Below are positions 47,664-60,839 of a DNA stretch of 64,000 bases, one piece after another. Each line of letters starts with the position of its first letter. Positions within the stretch are counted from its first letter, which is position 1. Origin of the DNA: Amoebophrya sp. A120. Lineage: Eukaryota; Protista; Dinoflagellata. The notes under the pieces were generated by a model, which ran no database searches, was not told the DNA's origin, and saw only the letters and a list, made by a program, of their open reading frames with translations. The stretch covers positions 905,809-969,808 of the forward strand of contig CAJINV010000002.1 in NCBI GenBank assembly GCA_905178155.1, in the 5' to 3' direction. Made by a program: the position numbers and the translations under genes.

Positions 47664-49035
47664 CGCGAGCGTGATGATGTCGTGCTAGCGATTTTTGCTA
47701 TTACGATGGCTACTTCGCGACTCCTGCAGCTCGGGGATGAAATTATACCGGGTCGTTCTTGCCGGTTTCTTGTAGACGAGAAACAACTTCGAAAAATTGT
47801 TATTCCCAACAGGTTCTATGCTTCTTGATACCTCTCCCTCGAAAAGCAAAAATGCGATAGAATCTACAATTTCTATTGCTCCTACAGGTCGATTGTGAAA
47901 TTCACATTTGATGCTTTTGTAAAATTCATAGAGCTATTCCTTCTGATAGGTTGTACTACTGATTTCATAAAAAAGTCGCTTTTTCGAAGAGAGTACTAAA
48001 GTGAAACATTTTGTTACCGTTTGATTCAGGTACGAATACCAGCAGTTCGTGGTCGTGCTTTTTTTTTTGTATCGCTAAACTTCGCAAAAGGTTAAACCAT
48101 GCCTCTAACTCTACTGCTCTAGATAGGCAATACCTCGCTGCTTTCAATCGTGGAATAGAGACAGATGGAGCGCTTGTTGCAATTTTTTTCTATTCTGCGG
48201 AGATCTTCATGTCGATTCTTGACTATAGTTGGGACGCACTACGAGGTTGGGCGGATTTGAAGCACTTTTGTTCTTTTTTAGGTCTATGATTTTCATACAA
48301 ACCACTACTCATACTCAATCACACCACACTTGAACTACTCATCTTTTTGCTCTTTTGTTGCTCATCTTGCTCGGGAGGTGCAATAATTATCATACTTACA
48401 ACCTCTCATGGTGCTCAGGGAGGTTCTGATCTTCGCACTAGACGTTATTCACAAAAGCTAAACAAGGACGTTCAGCGGGGTTGCAGCTCTTGTTCTCGTC
48501 GATCTCAACTTAGAATTGTAGAAGTGGTTCATCCTCGAAGAAGATCCGCTGCAGACAGTGTTTCTTGCTGCTCTGGAAGATTTCTTTTAGCAGGCTAGCG
48601 CTAAGTAAAGTCGCTGTGGTCATACAGAATAAACCTACACATAGATCGCGGGGTAGTTGTAGTTGTTCTGCGATTCTATTACTTGTTTTGAACAAATTCA
48701 GCTTTTTCATCCTCGCGCATGCAGCTCTTAGCGTTGTTCTCGTCGTTTTGCGAGAACGATTTTTTTCGGCTTCTTTTTACCACGGCCTTTTAATATCTTT
48801 CGAAGCTAGCGGAAAATAAAACTACAGATCCTGCTACGCAGCTGCGCTTGATGTTGATCGACCATGTACTCCTGATCTCGATCGTGCTCCCGATGCGCAG
48901 TGCTATGCGTCGAGTACAACAATTCTGTGCACGGTAGCTGCACACTTGTTTTCATCACAAGAAGAGGGCCACGCGAGGTCCTCGCGTGATACAGGACACG
49001 AAAGAGAAAGTTGCGAATGATCACGTCGCGTAGCT

Positions 49036-49564
49036 TTACGCTACCACCTGCTGTTGCTGATTTTTCAGCCACGCTTCGTTGATCAGCTTCATTTTCTCCA
49101 CGTTTCGCTCCATCAAGATTTCGATGATTTTTGCCGCCCCGAACTGCAGATAAGTGCCAATATCGTCCTGGAGTTCCTTTTTCAACGCGTTCAGCTCGGT
49201 TGTCGCTTGCTGATGCATATCCTGTGCAAAAGTATCGCACTCGTAGTAATTGCAAACATGCATTACAAATCTTGATGTTCTACTTAAGCTAAATCCGCAT
49301 TACAAATCTTATTTCTCATGCTGAGGAAATTTGTAATGCATTTATTCGAGTACGATACTTTTGGTTTTGCAATGCATACTGCAGCTCCCCGACGCTTGGA
49401 TCCGCGGTCTTTTTGCTCCCAAACCAGGAAGAGGACGTGTTTTTCTTGATCAGAGTCGGCAAGGGGATATGGACAAAACAATACTGTGTTCCTGTGACTT
49501 CTTCTTGTGCTTGTTTCTTTTCCTCTTCGTCAACATCCAAACCCAAAGAGACCACGACATACAT
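49036..49564 (-). CDS. Exons of an unknown helical protein (limits uncertain)
   Basis: ...TADPSVGEL|QQATTELNALKKELQDDIGTYLQFGAAKIIEILME joins across element 49218-49378. Confidence 0.45.
49218..49378. mobile_element. Introner family A
   Basis: TIRs; DR atgca/ctgca. Confidence 0.87.
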
Positions 49565-52285
49565 ATTTTTAAACGGCAGAGCAACTGCTTGTGCAGCTAC
49601 CTAATCATGACATCAAAGAAGCAAGATCGTGATCATAGGAGCAACTGCATTTGTTCTGGCATATTATTGGTCGTCGATTCGTTTGGTCGCGTGGATAACG
49701 AACTCCTCCATCAAGCATCTTTCGAGCAACGCCTTGCAATACCTGTCGTGATTCAAATAACTTAATAATTGCAGTGGAAAGGAACATACTCCGCGTCCAC
49801 ACTTCTTTTGGTGGGCGTTGATATCATGATTTCATCAACATCTTCTCAGCACAGCAACTCTTCCTTCCCTCAATGTTAGTACTCTCACTTCTCTGAACAA
49901 AATATTAACTAAGCTGCGACCGTAGTACAAGGGACGAACAAAAATCAAGAGAAACTACAGAGGAAGATGGGTGCACCAGCGCAATCTTTGGTTACCATCC
50001 ACACCACTGCGAAAGCGAGTGCGATTATGGTGCGCATCTGTAACTGTTGCAAAGCTCGCGCCGTCTTTGAAGAACATGTCAAAAAAAGAACTGCGCGAAA
50101 CATCGAGCGCAAAGAAACACCTAAGCAACATTGATATCCATAGCAGGCTATAGTACTTTATTCTGGATGAGGTTCATCTTGAGGAGCAAAAGAAGGAAAG
50201 ACAAACGTGTGAAGAGACGTTTGTAAACTTGTCACCAGAGTCTATGTCTAACTCTAGATTTTTAAGTAGTACCAACAAAAGATGAGAAGCAAGAGCAAAG
50301 CTTAGCTCTTTGCGGCCCCGAGCAGGGCCGCTCCCGATGCTGGTGCAAACCGACGTAATCAAACTACAACGTCACAAATAACTTTAATTACTTACCGTAC
50401 TGGAGGAAGCTTGTTCGCCCCCTTCATCAGGCATTTTTTAAACTTAATTACATATCGCTAGGCAGCGAGGAAGGTGAAAAGTGAGAGAAGGTGAACCGGC
50501 TTCCATTTCTTCGGGGTGCAGCTACACGAAGACTGTATGATTCTTCAGAGCTGGAAGATCATAGCAAAATATTTTTTTCACATGAAATTTTGGAAACTTT
50601 TTTTGTATCTCTTTGAGAAGTTTTTTTCATTTGTAAATGGGTACTTATAGAGTGTTCTTGAATAGGTATCAAATCTTTAACAACATGGAGCATACTGTGC
50701 CAAAATCCTAAAAAAATCCAGTTCCAAAAACAAAGCATAGTACATCAAGAGCAATGCATAAACAAAAGAATTTTTTGTTGAATAGGTGTAGAAGTGCAAC
50801 CTTCTAAATCAGATACAAGCGTGCGGATCCTAAAAATAAATAGCGGTTCGGAAAAACATTGAAAGCAATTGTGTAAGTAGTTCTGTCGTTGATTGTAGAA
50901 AAGATTTATATGGAAATCTCGATCATCAAAAAAGTACAGCCATCCTACACGTGTGTATTGCTTTTTCGTATTCATAAATATTCTTCTTGTTGTCTTGTCT
51001 TGTTCATCCTCGCAAGAAATTTTTGTTCCGATCTGCTAGCCCTATGTTATAGAAACTTCCTTATCCTTCGTAAACACAAACAGGTGTGTATCCGATACCT
51101 CTTGGTTCGCAATACCCTGTCGTGTCCAACATGCGACTTTCTAAATACTGGAAGTAAGTACTTCCTGGTTGTATTGTGCGACTTTCTAAGTATGTGGAAG
51201 TAACTACTTCCTGGTATGGATGACCCCGATCTTGTTCCTACGGTGCAAATGCAAAAAAAAAATGAAACAGTAGTGCAACAGGTGCACGACCACCCCATGC
51301 CACCGCCCAGATACGAAACGTATCTAGAACGTCGAATCTACACATAGAAGTCAACACCTGTCATGATTTGATATCGTGACTTTTTAATATAGCTGGTGCT
51401 GGATCCTGTTACAACGGCGGTGGATTCTGGTAGTAGGTGTTTGTGTAGTTGCTGTCGATGCCCCCGAAAGAAGTAGTTGTCCATCTAAAAAGAGATGAGC
51501 CTGTCTACAACTATACTCAGCTCCCTAGACAGGAGTCAAAGCGTGGCTAGCGCTCACACATTTCCTGATACAAGTCGTTCCGCTCGCGCACGAAGGGTGG
51601 CGCGATGTCCGGCAGTGCCTGATACTCATGATGTTCCTGCCGCATCCAGGGTATTTCAGCATCCAGATCGAAGTCATCTTCTTTCCAGGAGGAGTAGTCG
51701 ATTTCGCTAGGAGGGGTATCGACATGTTGGCAAGAGTGTCGTGCTACTTCGTCTTCGTTCAAATTGCATTACAAATACTAATATTCTCGTAAGCCAAAAA
51801 CTGCAAAATTTGTGTTGCTGACTCCGAGAAGATGTCGGAACAAGCAGCCCTGTCACATGCTGGGTTCTTGCAACTGAAGATTATACACGACGACGAGGAC
51901 GATACTTTTGCCGAGGATACGGGGGCGCCGGCGGGCAAGATGCAAATTCTTTCGCGCTTAGTTTTGCACCTCCGTCTCCTGCAGTTAGGTCGTAATCCAC
52001 GAGGTGCATTTTGTAGTGCTCATGCACGCTGGCATCTAATGCTGCAGTTGATGCGTCAACGTCTGGAAGCTGCCTGAAAAAGTCGAACATCTTTTCAGCA
52101 TGACCATGACTTTTACTGGAGCCACGGTTCGAAAAACTAGAGCTTTGATGTTCATCGGCTCCTGTTGTAGTACTGGCGGTGGCGCTGATTCTACTTGTTG
52201 ATGAGGCAGCCGCTTTTGTAGCTTCTTCCTCTTCATCTTCTTGTTGTGCACGACTGTTTGAAGCGAGAGCAAGATGTTGACCATC

Positions 52286-54142
52286 AATATTACTCGAGAA
52301 TCTTTCCTTTGGTATGTCTGGTGGCATGTACAAAGGGGTAGAACATGCAATATCCTCTTCTTTTTGTCACCCGCTGAGAACGTCCATCCTTCAAATTTCT
52401 AAGTCTTCCACTTCCTGGCTCTGAAAAAGTTTTTGCCTTTCGTGTGGTTTAGCTTGCCTACCGTGATATCTTTTAGCGCAAGATTACTGCTTTGGAAAAG
52501 GTTAGAAGCTACTTGTCTGCGTGGGGAGTTTTCTAATTTTTCAAGCGACATCTACTATAGAACTTTTTCCGCAGTACACCCGAGAGCTGTTAACGAACGG
52601 ATTCGAGTCTAGACCACTACTCTTCTTCAGCTCCTGCGTGTAATGACTTCTACGTGCTCATTGTTGAAAAAGCGAACTTACATCTACCCATAATCCGTTC
52701 CCATTTTGCATGACAATTACCACTATCCTACTCGGAGATCGCTTGCAATTTACAAAAGACCTACGCACTTTATTCCCCGGAACGGATCTGCGTTGTAGAT
52801 TGGCTTTCTCATCTAAATTTGAAGTGAACGTGGCGAGTTTTAGTATTTTAGTTTCCGTTTTTGTCTTTGTCCAAAAGTGTCCCTCTATCTGCATGAGCGT
52901 GCCCTTGAGCCAAGATTTACACTTTTCAAACACAGTCGCCCGAGCTACACTGAGCTTGCATCTGAAAGCTACTTGATCCTCAGGCTGACGTATAAGCTGT
53001 CAACTTGTAGCTGTCCTTCTATCGTAGCGCACTCATGCTAATTCTACTCCTATTCTCCCTTTTCTTTTCTTTCTCCTTTTCTTCCTCCCTGTTTGTTGAT
53101 TCGCGACCCAACTCGGATGCTCCCCGCAATGCGCCGCATGGTGAATATTACTCGAGAATCTTTCCTTTGGTGTGTCTGGTGGCATGTACAAAGGGGTAGA
53201 ACATGCAATATCCTCTTCTTTTTGTCACCCGCTGAGAACGTCCATCCTTCAAATTTCTAAGTCTTCCACTTCCTGGCTCTGAAAAAGTTTTTGCCTTTCG
53301 TGTGGTTTAGCTTGCCTACCGTGATATCTTTTAGCGCAAGATTACTGCTTTGGAAAAGGTTAGAAGCTACTTGTCTGCGTGGGGAGTTTTCTAATTTTTC
53401 AAGCGACATCTACTATAGAACTTTTTCCGCAGTACACCCGAGAGCTGTTAACGAACGGATTCGAGTCTAGACCACTACTCTTCTTCAGCTCCTGCGTGTA
53501 ATGACTTCTACGTGCTCATTGTTGAAAAAGCGAACTTACATCTACCCATAATCCGTTCCCATTTTGCATGACAATTACCACTATCCTACTCGGAGATCGC
53601 TTGCAATTTACAAAAGACCTACGCACTTTATTCCCCGGAACGGATCTGCGTTGTAGATTGGCTTTCTCATCTAAATTTGAAGTGAACGTGGCGAGTTTTA
53701 GTATTTTAGTTTCCGTTTTTGTCTTTGTCCAAAAGTGTCCCTCTATCTGCATGAGCGTGCCCTTGAGCCAAGATTTACACTTTTCAAACACAGTCGCCCG
53801 AGCTACACTGAGCTTGCATCTGAAAGCTACTTGATCCTCAGGCTGACGTATAAGCTGTCAACTTGTAGCTGTCCTTCTATCGTAGCGCACTCATGCTAAT
53901 TCTACTCCTATTCTCCCTTTTCTTTTCTTTCTCCTTTTCTTCCTCCCTGTTTGTTGATTCGCGACCCAACTCGGATGCTCCCCGCAATGCGCCGCATGGT
54001 GAATATTACTCGAGAATCTTTCCTTTGGTGTGTCTGGTGGCATGTGCAAAGGGGTAGAACATGCAATATCCTCTTCTTTTTGTCACCCGCTGAGAACGTC
54101 CATCCTTCAAATTTCTAAGTCTTCCACTTCCTGGCTCTGAAA
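52286..54142. repeat. Near-identical tandem duplication, 858-bp period, X(141)-Y(717)-X-Y-X
   Basis: aatattactcgagaatc starts at 52286, 53144 and 54002; identical ORFs at 52658-52933 and 53516-53791. Confidence 0.93.
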
Positions 54143-55020
54143 ACTCATCAAGAACTCCTGTTGTATTTTTTGCCGAACCACTCCAAACAGCCCTGCGTTT
54201 CCCTGGCCGCGGTGGTGTTCTGGATCCGGACCTCCCGGAGGGGGCAAAGAAGACCGACGACCCAGAGCCAGAGCTGGGACGTGGTTCCTGCTGTTCAAGT
54301 TGTTTCAATGATGAGTGCTGGTCGACCTTCGTTGAATTTGTACCCCCGTTGCAGCTGCCCGAGAAACAAGAAGACGTAGCTGAAGCTGTTGCATTTTTAG
54401 TACTATCCACCATATAGTTGTTCCTGGCACAACCATCGTCAACCTGGTTTAAAAATACTTCGCCCCCTCGCAGCACAGCGGCCTTCCAGCGATATGCACA
54501 GGACGAAATAATAGATTGCTTCCGTCGCACTATTTTTTCGAAACTCGATCGGTTTTTTTTTATCGTTTACTTCCACTTCTTGCTTCTTCTTGGGATTTTG
54601 TGCCTTTTGGAAATAAGTTCCCTGCAGCACAAGTTGCGCGGCTGGGTGTGGTAATAATAATATTTTCTTCTTCAAATATGGCGCGTTACTACTACTTGGC
54701 TTAAATTATCCCTTTGATGGCTACTTCCCACGTCACACTCAGCTTGTGGAGCGGAGAAATGGGGGGCGGGAAAAAGCTAAAGCGTTGTCTATTACTATTT
54801 ATTAAAAGGAGGAGGAGGAAACCTCTATAGTAAGCTTCTATTACTATTTATTAAAACCAAAAAGCGATGGCGATCGGTAAAGTTCTACAGAATCTGATTC
54901 CGTAGAAGCGCTTGATCTGCCAAAAGAAAAGTTGTATATTATAGCATTGCTCTTCATCTCTTTATACTAATGGATGAAAAGTTTTCCACTTGCGTGGACG
55001 GGTTCGATCTGGATCACACG

Positions 55021-55326
55021 TATTGCAATAAAAAATGCCCCCACCCCCGAACTTGAAAGCATTTGTATTGCAAACCTTTCCAAATGAAACACTCGCCCTC
55101 TTGAATGTATCAGCATCACAGATTCCCGATCGCGAATAGCAAAAATTTGTATTGCAAAAGATCCCAGCAAGAGCGGTGCTTGTCATGCAAGCGATGCGAA
55201 ACAACACTAGAATCTGCATCAGAAAGATTCATACTGCTTTCATGCATGACAAAAAGTTTTCATTTGGAAACTTCGCATCACAAATTTTTGCAACTTTGGG
55301 GGTGGCGGGCACTTTTCACTGTAATA
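55021..55326. mobile_element. Introner-like element family J (TIR TATT.CA.T.AAAA.TGCCC..CACCCC)
   Basis: TIRs; DR acacg/acacg; contains the shared motif. Confidence 0.82.
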
Positions 55327-55507
55327 ACACGGGTGCAATGTCCACACACGTATTTTTTGAGGTTACTATTCGTAGTTCACAGCTCGTTTTAGAATATTTG
55401 CTTTTGCGTACTGCTACTGTCTTGTTAGGTCACTTCCGAAACTGAAACTAAGTTTATTTACATACATACAAATTGAAATTCGATCGAGTGAAGATGTTCG
55501 ATCCTGA

Positions 55508-56820
55508 TCAATAGCCTCCTAGTTTGATCGCAACCGGCTGCACCTGCAGCAGAGGAAAAAATAGTGCCTGGCAATCTTTATCTTCATCCGGGTGGCGTTC
55601 CCTGCTTACCCAGCGCTCCAAAAATCCGAAAGAAGAAGTAAAGTTTTTACTCCGCCGCATTAGGCTTGAGGTTTGGTCCTCATGTTCTTGCCCTTGTTGT
55701 TCACCTTCTGCGCCAAAATCGTCCTCGTTGTCGTTGTTCATCACAGTTGCAGCTCTGATAAAAGTTCTTGCTCCCTTCATGATTCGTTCGTGTCTTGCGG
55801 TTGCACCAGCATGGTCCGGGACAGAATTCGAAGAGATGAAAGCCTTCTTGCTACTCGGACAACTGCTCCGTTCTTTGCCGTCTGTGTTCTTCATGGTTTG
55901 CAGCTGCGGTGAAGAAGAAAACGATGAAGTGGAAGAGGTGGACGTCGAGACATCAAAAGGAGCTTCGACTTCCGGACAAGAAAATGAGCTTGTTTTAGTA
56001 CAATCACCTCCTTGCGCGGAAAGTAAAAACCCGGCCGCGGCCCGACGGGACGACAGCATGCGGTCAATGGCAGTCGAAGCGGAGCTATGGATTGCAAATA
56101 TCCCTGGATCATGTCTGGGAGATTGCGAGATTTGTAATGCTAGTCTGGCATGACTCATGGGATCTGTATTGCGTGGCAACCAAGAGCTCCTCTTGCCTGT
56201 CATGCAAACACGCAGTTTCTCATGCGGAATACGCAACACAGAAGCATGAAAAAACTTGTCATGCTTGGCGGCGCATTACAGTGTCCTTATTATTGAGTGA
56301 CCTGCATCACAACTTTCCAGACCCAGACATATTTGCATTTGATAGGAGCCGATCAAGGTTGGTGGACGAGAAGTGCCGTCGCGTTGGAGATGGTGCACTT
56401 CGCTTGCAGTCGTCGCACCTGCTGCCGACCAAGGTGAAGATGCCGAAGTAGATCCCGCCGCCATAATATTTCCGCTTTGATGTTGTTCCAGAGCAACCGG
56501 GTTCTTGTCCTCCTGATGTTGGAAAAATGGCATCAGTGACAGTCGTAGGCTTTCCTGTTCCTCTTCAATCGGGGTTAGCATCCGGGTGAAGGCAATTTGG
56601 CTAGCGGCAATCATCTATGAACTGCAAAAGTATCGCACTCGTAGTAATTGCTCTTATGCATGACAAATCTCTTTCCTCAGGCAAAACAGCATTTACAAAT
56701 TTCACTTGTAGTGCTGAGCTAATTATTTGTAATGCAATTTATACTAGTACGATGCTTTTGCACTGCATATCATCGGGTGCTCGTCACCAGAGGGGGGGGC
56801 AAGTTGACGCTGTGTTAGTT
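55508..56820 (-). CDS. Unknown low-complexity protein exons
   Basis: ORF pieces 55508-56085 and 56345-56615 separated by introners; 5' end unclear. Confidence 0.45.
56086..56344. mobile_element. Introner family B
   Basis: TIRs; DR ggagc/ggagc. Confidence 0.87.
56616..56769. mobile_element. Introner family A
   Basis: TIRs; DR tcatc/tcatc. Confidence 0.9.
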
Positions 56821-57564
56821 TTTACAAGAAAACGGGTCGCCCTGAAGGGCGACCCTTTCTTGAACTTGATTTTTTTGCATAAGCATGATCATTAGGATTG
56901 TTGGGCTGGGCTTCCTGGGAAGGAGGAAGGGCGGGGCAGGGGTAGCGCTCAGGAAGAGTAGCGCGACAGGAGATCAGTGCGCGCGCTACATAAAGTTGTA
57001 GGGGCAGCAGCTGTAGACAGAAAGCAGAAAGGCGCCTCGGGTACACACAGAGCAGCTGCCTGCCAGCTCTGAAGTAAGAAGCCGACAGGCCTTCTGACAC
57101 CTGCACAGCGGAAGCGGAGCGGAAATGTGGCGACCCAAAGGCTCAGGCAAGTCGAGGCGCCGTCTCCGGTGCGTGATAAACTACCTAACAACACTGCGAA
57201 GCGGCCCCGCTGATCATGCGGCCCCGGCGATGGGGCAAGTGAGTGTCGTGGTGCAGACATTCGCCGGGCTTTTGCGTTCGTACTGTGGTGGCCCGGCCCT
57301 ATTTCTACACCCAGAACACCTCCGGGGCGTGGGGACTTCAGTTGCTGCGCCCGATCATGCGCGCGCTAATCTATCGAAGGCGTCAGCCGCGGGATGACGA
57401 TCGATGGGGGGGGCCGGGCGATGGAGGGGCGGCGGCCGAGTAAAAACGCACCAAGGCAAGGGACGGGCGGGCCGAAGTGGTTGGGCTTCGTTCTGGCCGT
57501 GTGCCAACTCAAAAGAAAAGCAGAAATATCTTTTGGCGCCCCTCCGCCCAGCAACTACGCAAAA

Positions 57565-60500
57565 GAAGCCGGCGCCGGGGCTCGCTTGGCGGGCCTTCAA
57601 GCAAAGCAGGCAAAGCTCCAGGGCAGAAGGCCCGGGGGAGCGAGGTCCCTTCCGGGCTAGCCAAAGGGGGGGCCTTAGAGGGGGCCTCCGGGGCGGCCTT
57701 CCCCCCGGGGGCCGCAGGGCTGCCGGTAGGGCCTCAGGCTCGGGCATTGGCCGGCGCAGGGGCTTGCTTGGCGGGCCTTCACGCAAAGCAAGCAAAGGCT
57801 CAGGGCAGAAAGCCCGGGAGAGGGAGCGAGGGCCCGCCCGGCCCGGCCAATGGGGGGGGCCTCGGTCGGGGGGGCCCCCGGGGCTTCTGTTCGGGCGGGC
57901 CTCGCGGGGGGCCTCAGGCCCGGGCATCTGCCGGCGCCGGGGCTCGCTCTGCGGGCCTTCAAGCAAAGCAAGCAAAGCGTCAGGGCAGAAGGCCCGAGTG
58001 AGCGAGGGCCCTTCCGGGCGGGCCTTAGGGGGGCCTCCGGGGGGGACCTCGGGGGGGGCCTCCGGGGGGGCCTTCGGGGGGGCCTTAGGGGGGGTCTCCG
58101 GGCTGTCATGAGGGCCTCAGGCTCGGGCGTTTGCCGGCGCCGGGGCTCGCTTGGCGGGCCCTCAAGCAAAGCAAGCAAAGTTCCAGGGCAGAAGGCCCGA
58201 GGGAGCGAGACAGGGAGGGCCCTTCCGGGCTGGCCAGAGGGGGGGGCCTCGGCCGGGCGGGGGGGGGCCTTCGGGGCGGCCGCAGGGGGGCCGCAGGGCT
58301 TCTGTTCCATCGGGGGGGTTTTGCGGGGGGCCTCCGGCTCAAGCATGATTGAGCCGGCGCCGGGGCTCGCTTGGCAGGCCTTCAAGCAGAGGGAAGCTTC
58401 AGGGCAGAAGGCCCGAGGGCGCGAGGGGTTCCGGGCTGGCCAAAGGGGGGGCCTCAAGGGGGGCCCTAGGGGGGCCTTTGGCGGGGCCCCCGGGCTGTCA
58501 ATAGGGCCGCCCGCTCGGGCATTTTCCGGCGCCGGGGCCCGCTTGGCGGGCCTTCACGCAAAGCGAACAAAGCTTCAGGGCAGAAGACACGAGGGCCCTT
58601 CCGGGTTGGCCAAAGGGGGGGGCTTTAGGGGGGGCCTCCGGGGCGGCCTCAAGGCTTCGGCTCGGGGGGGCTTTGCGGGCGGGGGGCCTCGGGCTGGCTC
58701 GGGAATGTGGCGGCGCCGGGGCTCGCCTGGCAGGCCTTCAAGCAAAGCGAGCAAAGCACCAGGGCAGAAGGCCCGAGGGGGTGAGGGCCCTGCCGGGCTG
58801 CCCAAAGGGGGGGCCTCAGGGGGGGCCTCAGGGGGGGCCTTAGGGGGGGCCTTAGGGGGGGCCTTAGGGGGGGCCTCAGGGGGGGCCTTAGGGGGGGCCT
58901 CAGGGCTGTCAATAGGGCCACAGGCTCGGGCATTGGCCGGCGCCGGGGCTCGCTTGGCGGGCCTTCCCGCAAAGCAAGCAAAGCTTCAGGGCAGAAAACA
59001 CGAGGGCCCTTCCGGGCTGGCCAAAGGGGGGGCCTGGGCAGGGCGAGGGGGGGCCTCCGGGGCGGCCTCCGGGGGGCCGCAGGGCTTCTGTTCGGGGGGG
59101 CTTTGCGGGGGGCCCCAGGCTCGGGCATGTGCCGGCGCCGGGGCTCGCTTGGCAGCCCTTCAAGCAAAGCAAGCAAAGCCTCAGGGCAGAAGGCCCGAGG
59201 GAGCGAGGGCCAAAGGGGGGGCCAAAGGGGGGGCCTCAGGGGGGGCCTTGGGGGGGGGGCCCATGCGGGAGGCCTCACGGCTGTCATCAATAGGGCCGCA
59301 GGCTCGGGCATTTGCCGGCGCGCGCCGGGGCTCGCTTGGCGGGCCGGGCCTTCACGCAAAGCACACAAAGCTTCCGGGCAGAAGACACGAGGGCCCTCCC
59401 GGGCTGACCACAGGGGGGGCCTTCGGGGGGGGGCCCCCGGGGCGGCCATGGGGGGGGCCCAGGGCTTCTGTTCGGGGGGGCTTTGCGGGGGGCCTCCGGC
59501 TCGGGCATGTGAGTGCCGGCGCCGGGGCTCGCTTGGCAGGCCTTCAAGCAAAGCAAGCAAAACTTCAGGGCAGAAGGCCCAAGGGAGCGAGGGCCCTTCC
59601 GGGCTGGCCAAAGGGGGGGCCTTAGGGGGGGCCATTGGGGGGGGCCGTAGGGGGGGCCGCAGGGATGCCTCAGGGCTGTCAATGAATAGGGCCACAGGCT
59701 CGGGCATTGGCCGGCGCCGGGGCTCGCCCGGCGGGCCTTCACGCAAAGCAAGCAAAGCTTCAGGGCAGAAGACAGGAGGGCCCCTCCGGGCTGACCAAAG
59801 GGGGGGCCTCCGGGGGGGCCTCTGCCGGGGGGGGCCTCCGGGGCGGCCTCCGGGGGGCCTCAGGGCTCCTGTTCCAGCGGGGGGGCCTTCCGGGGGGCCT
59901 CAGGCTCGGGCATTTGCCGGCGCCGGGGCTCGCTTAGCGGGCCTCCAAGCAAAGCAAGCAAACCGTCAGGGCAGAACGCCCGAGGGAGCGAGGGCCCTTC
60001 CGGACTGGCCAAAGGGGGGGTCTTAGAGGGGCCTCAGGAAGGGCCTCGTATCCCGTTCGGCTTTTCGGTAGAAAACGAAAAGCATTCCGAAGAGCCTTGC
60101 CGGCGCCTTCGACTGCGCAGCGCATAGCATTGTCCAGGAGGGCTACAGGGCATGCGTGTCATGCATTCCGAAGCGGCCCCGCCAGTAATTAAAATCAAAG
60201 GACAAAGCCGGGGCGGTAGCCAAAATATGAAGCCAAAGCCAAGGACTCACTTCGTGACTTTGTTTATTGTGTCCAAAACCAAAGCGGCCCCGCCCGCAAT
60301 CAGAATGAGAACCGGCGGACCAGCCAAGGTAGACAGCGCGTGGCGCCGCCCGGGATTGTTCGGTCGCTGCCTGCGTCAGAGAAATGGTCGGCGATGATCT
60401 GCTTGGCTTTATGTTCTGGGGCAGACGTCTGCGAACGCTCGCGAAAAAAAGAGGGGGCCTAAGGGGGGGGGGGGGGCCCAACCCACCCCCCTTGCCCTTG

Positions 60501-60800
60501 GGCAAAAGGGGGGGCCTCAGGGGGGGCCTTAGGGGGGGCCTCAGGGGGGGCCTTAGGGGGGGCCTTTTTTGGCTCTGGGCGTCTGCGAACACGAAAAAAA
60601 GGGGGGGCCTAAGGGGGGGCCTAACCCCCCCCCTTTGGGCAAAAGGGGGGGCCCCAGGGGGGGCCTCAGGGGGGGCCTTAGGGGGGGCCTTTTTTGGCCT
60701 CAGGGGGGGCCTGAGGGGGGGCCTCAGGGGGGGCCTTAGGGGTCGAGGGGGGGCCTGAGGGGGGGCCTAAGGGGGGGCCTGAGGGGGGGCCTGAGGCCCA
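57565..60800. repeat. G-rich satellite: ~180-200-bp units plus (GGGGGGGCCT(T/C)A)n 12-mers
   Basis: About 12 copies of gccggcgccggggctcgcttggcgggccttcaagcaaagcaagcaaagc..cagggcagaag; pure 12-mer arrays at 58808-58900 and 60508-60795. Confidence 0.93.
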
Positions 60801-60839
60801 GAATAGCGCTAATGATCATTATTAGTCTTGTAATCTTGT

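Noticed and set aside
51132-51215. ~45-bp imperfect tandem pair with ggaagta..tacttcc hairpins
   Set aside because: Only two copies and no context; likely a local duplication.
52904-52913. TTGGCTCAAG on the minus strand (3' end of the dinoflagellate spliced leader), also in the second Y copy
   Set aside because: Only 10 nt match and the upstream bases disagree with the leader; compatible with chance.
57355-60758. Long G/A/P/R-rich ORFs (up to 591 aa) on both strands
   Set aside because: They are translations of the GC-rich satellite, which lacks stop codons; no domain signal.
58808-60795. Telomere array
   Set aside because: TTAGGG occurs only within a 12-mer with CC and alternates with TCAG; the array is interstitial.
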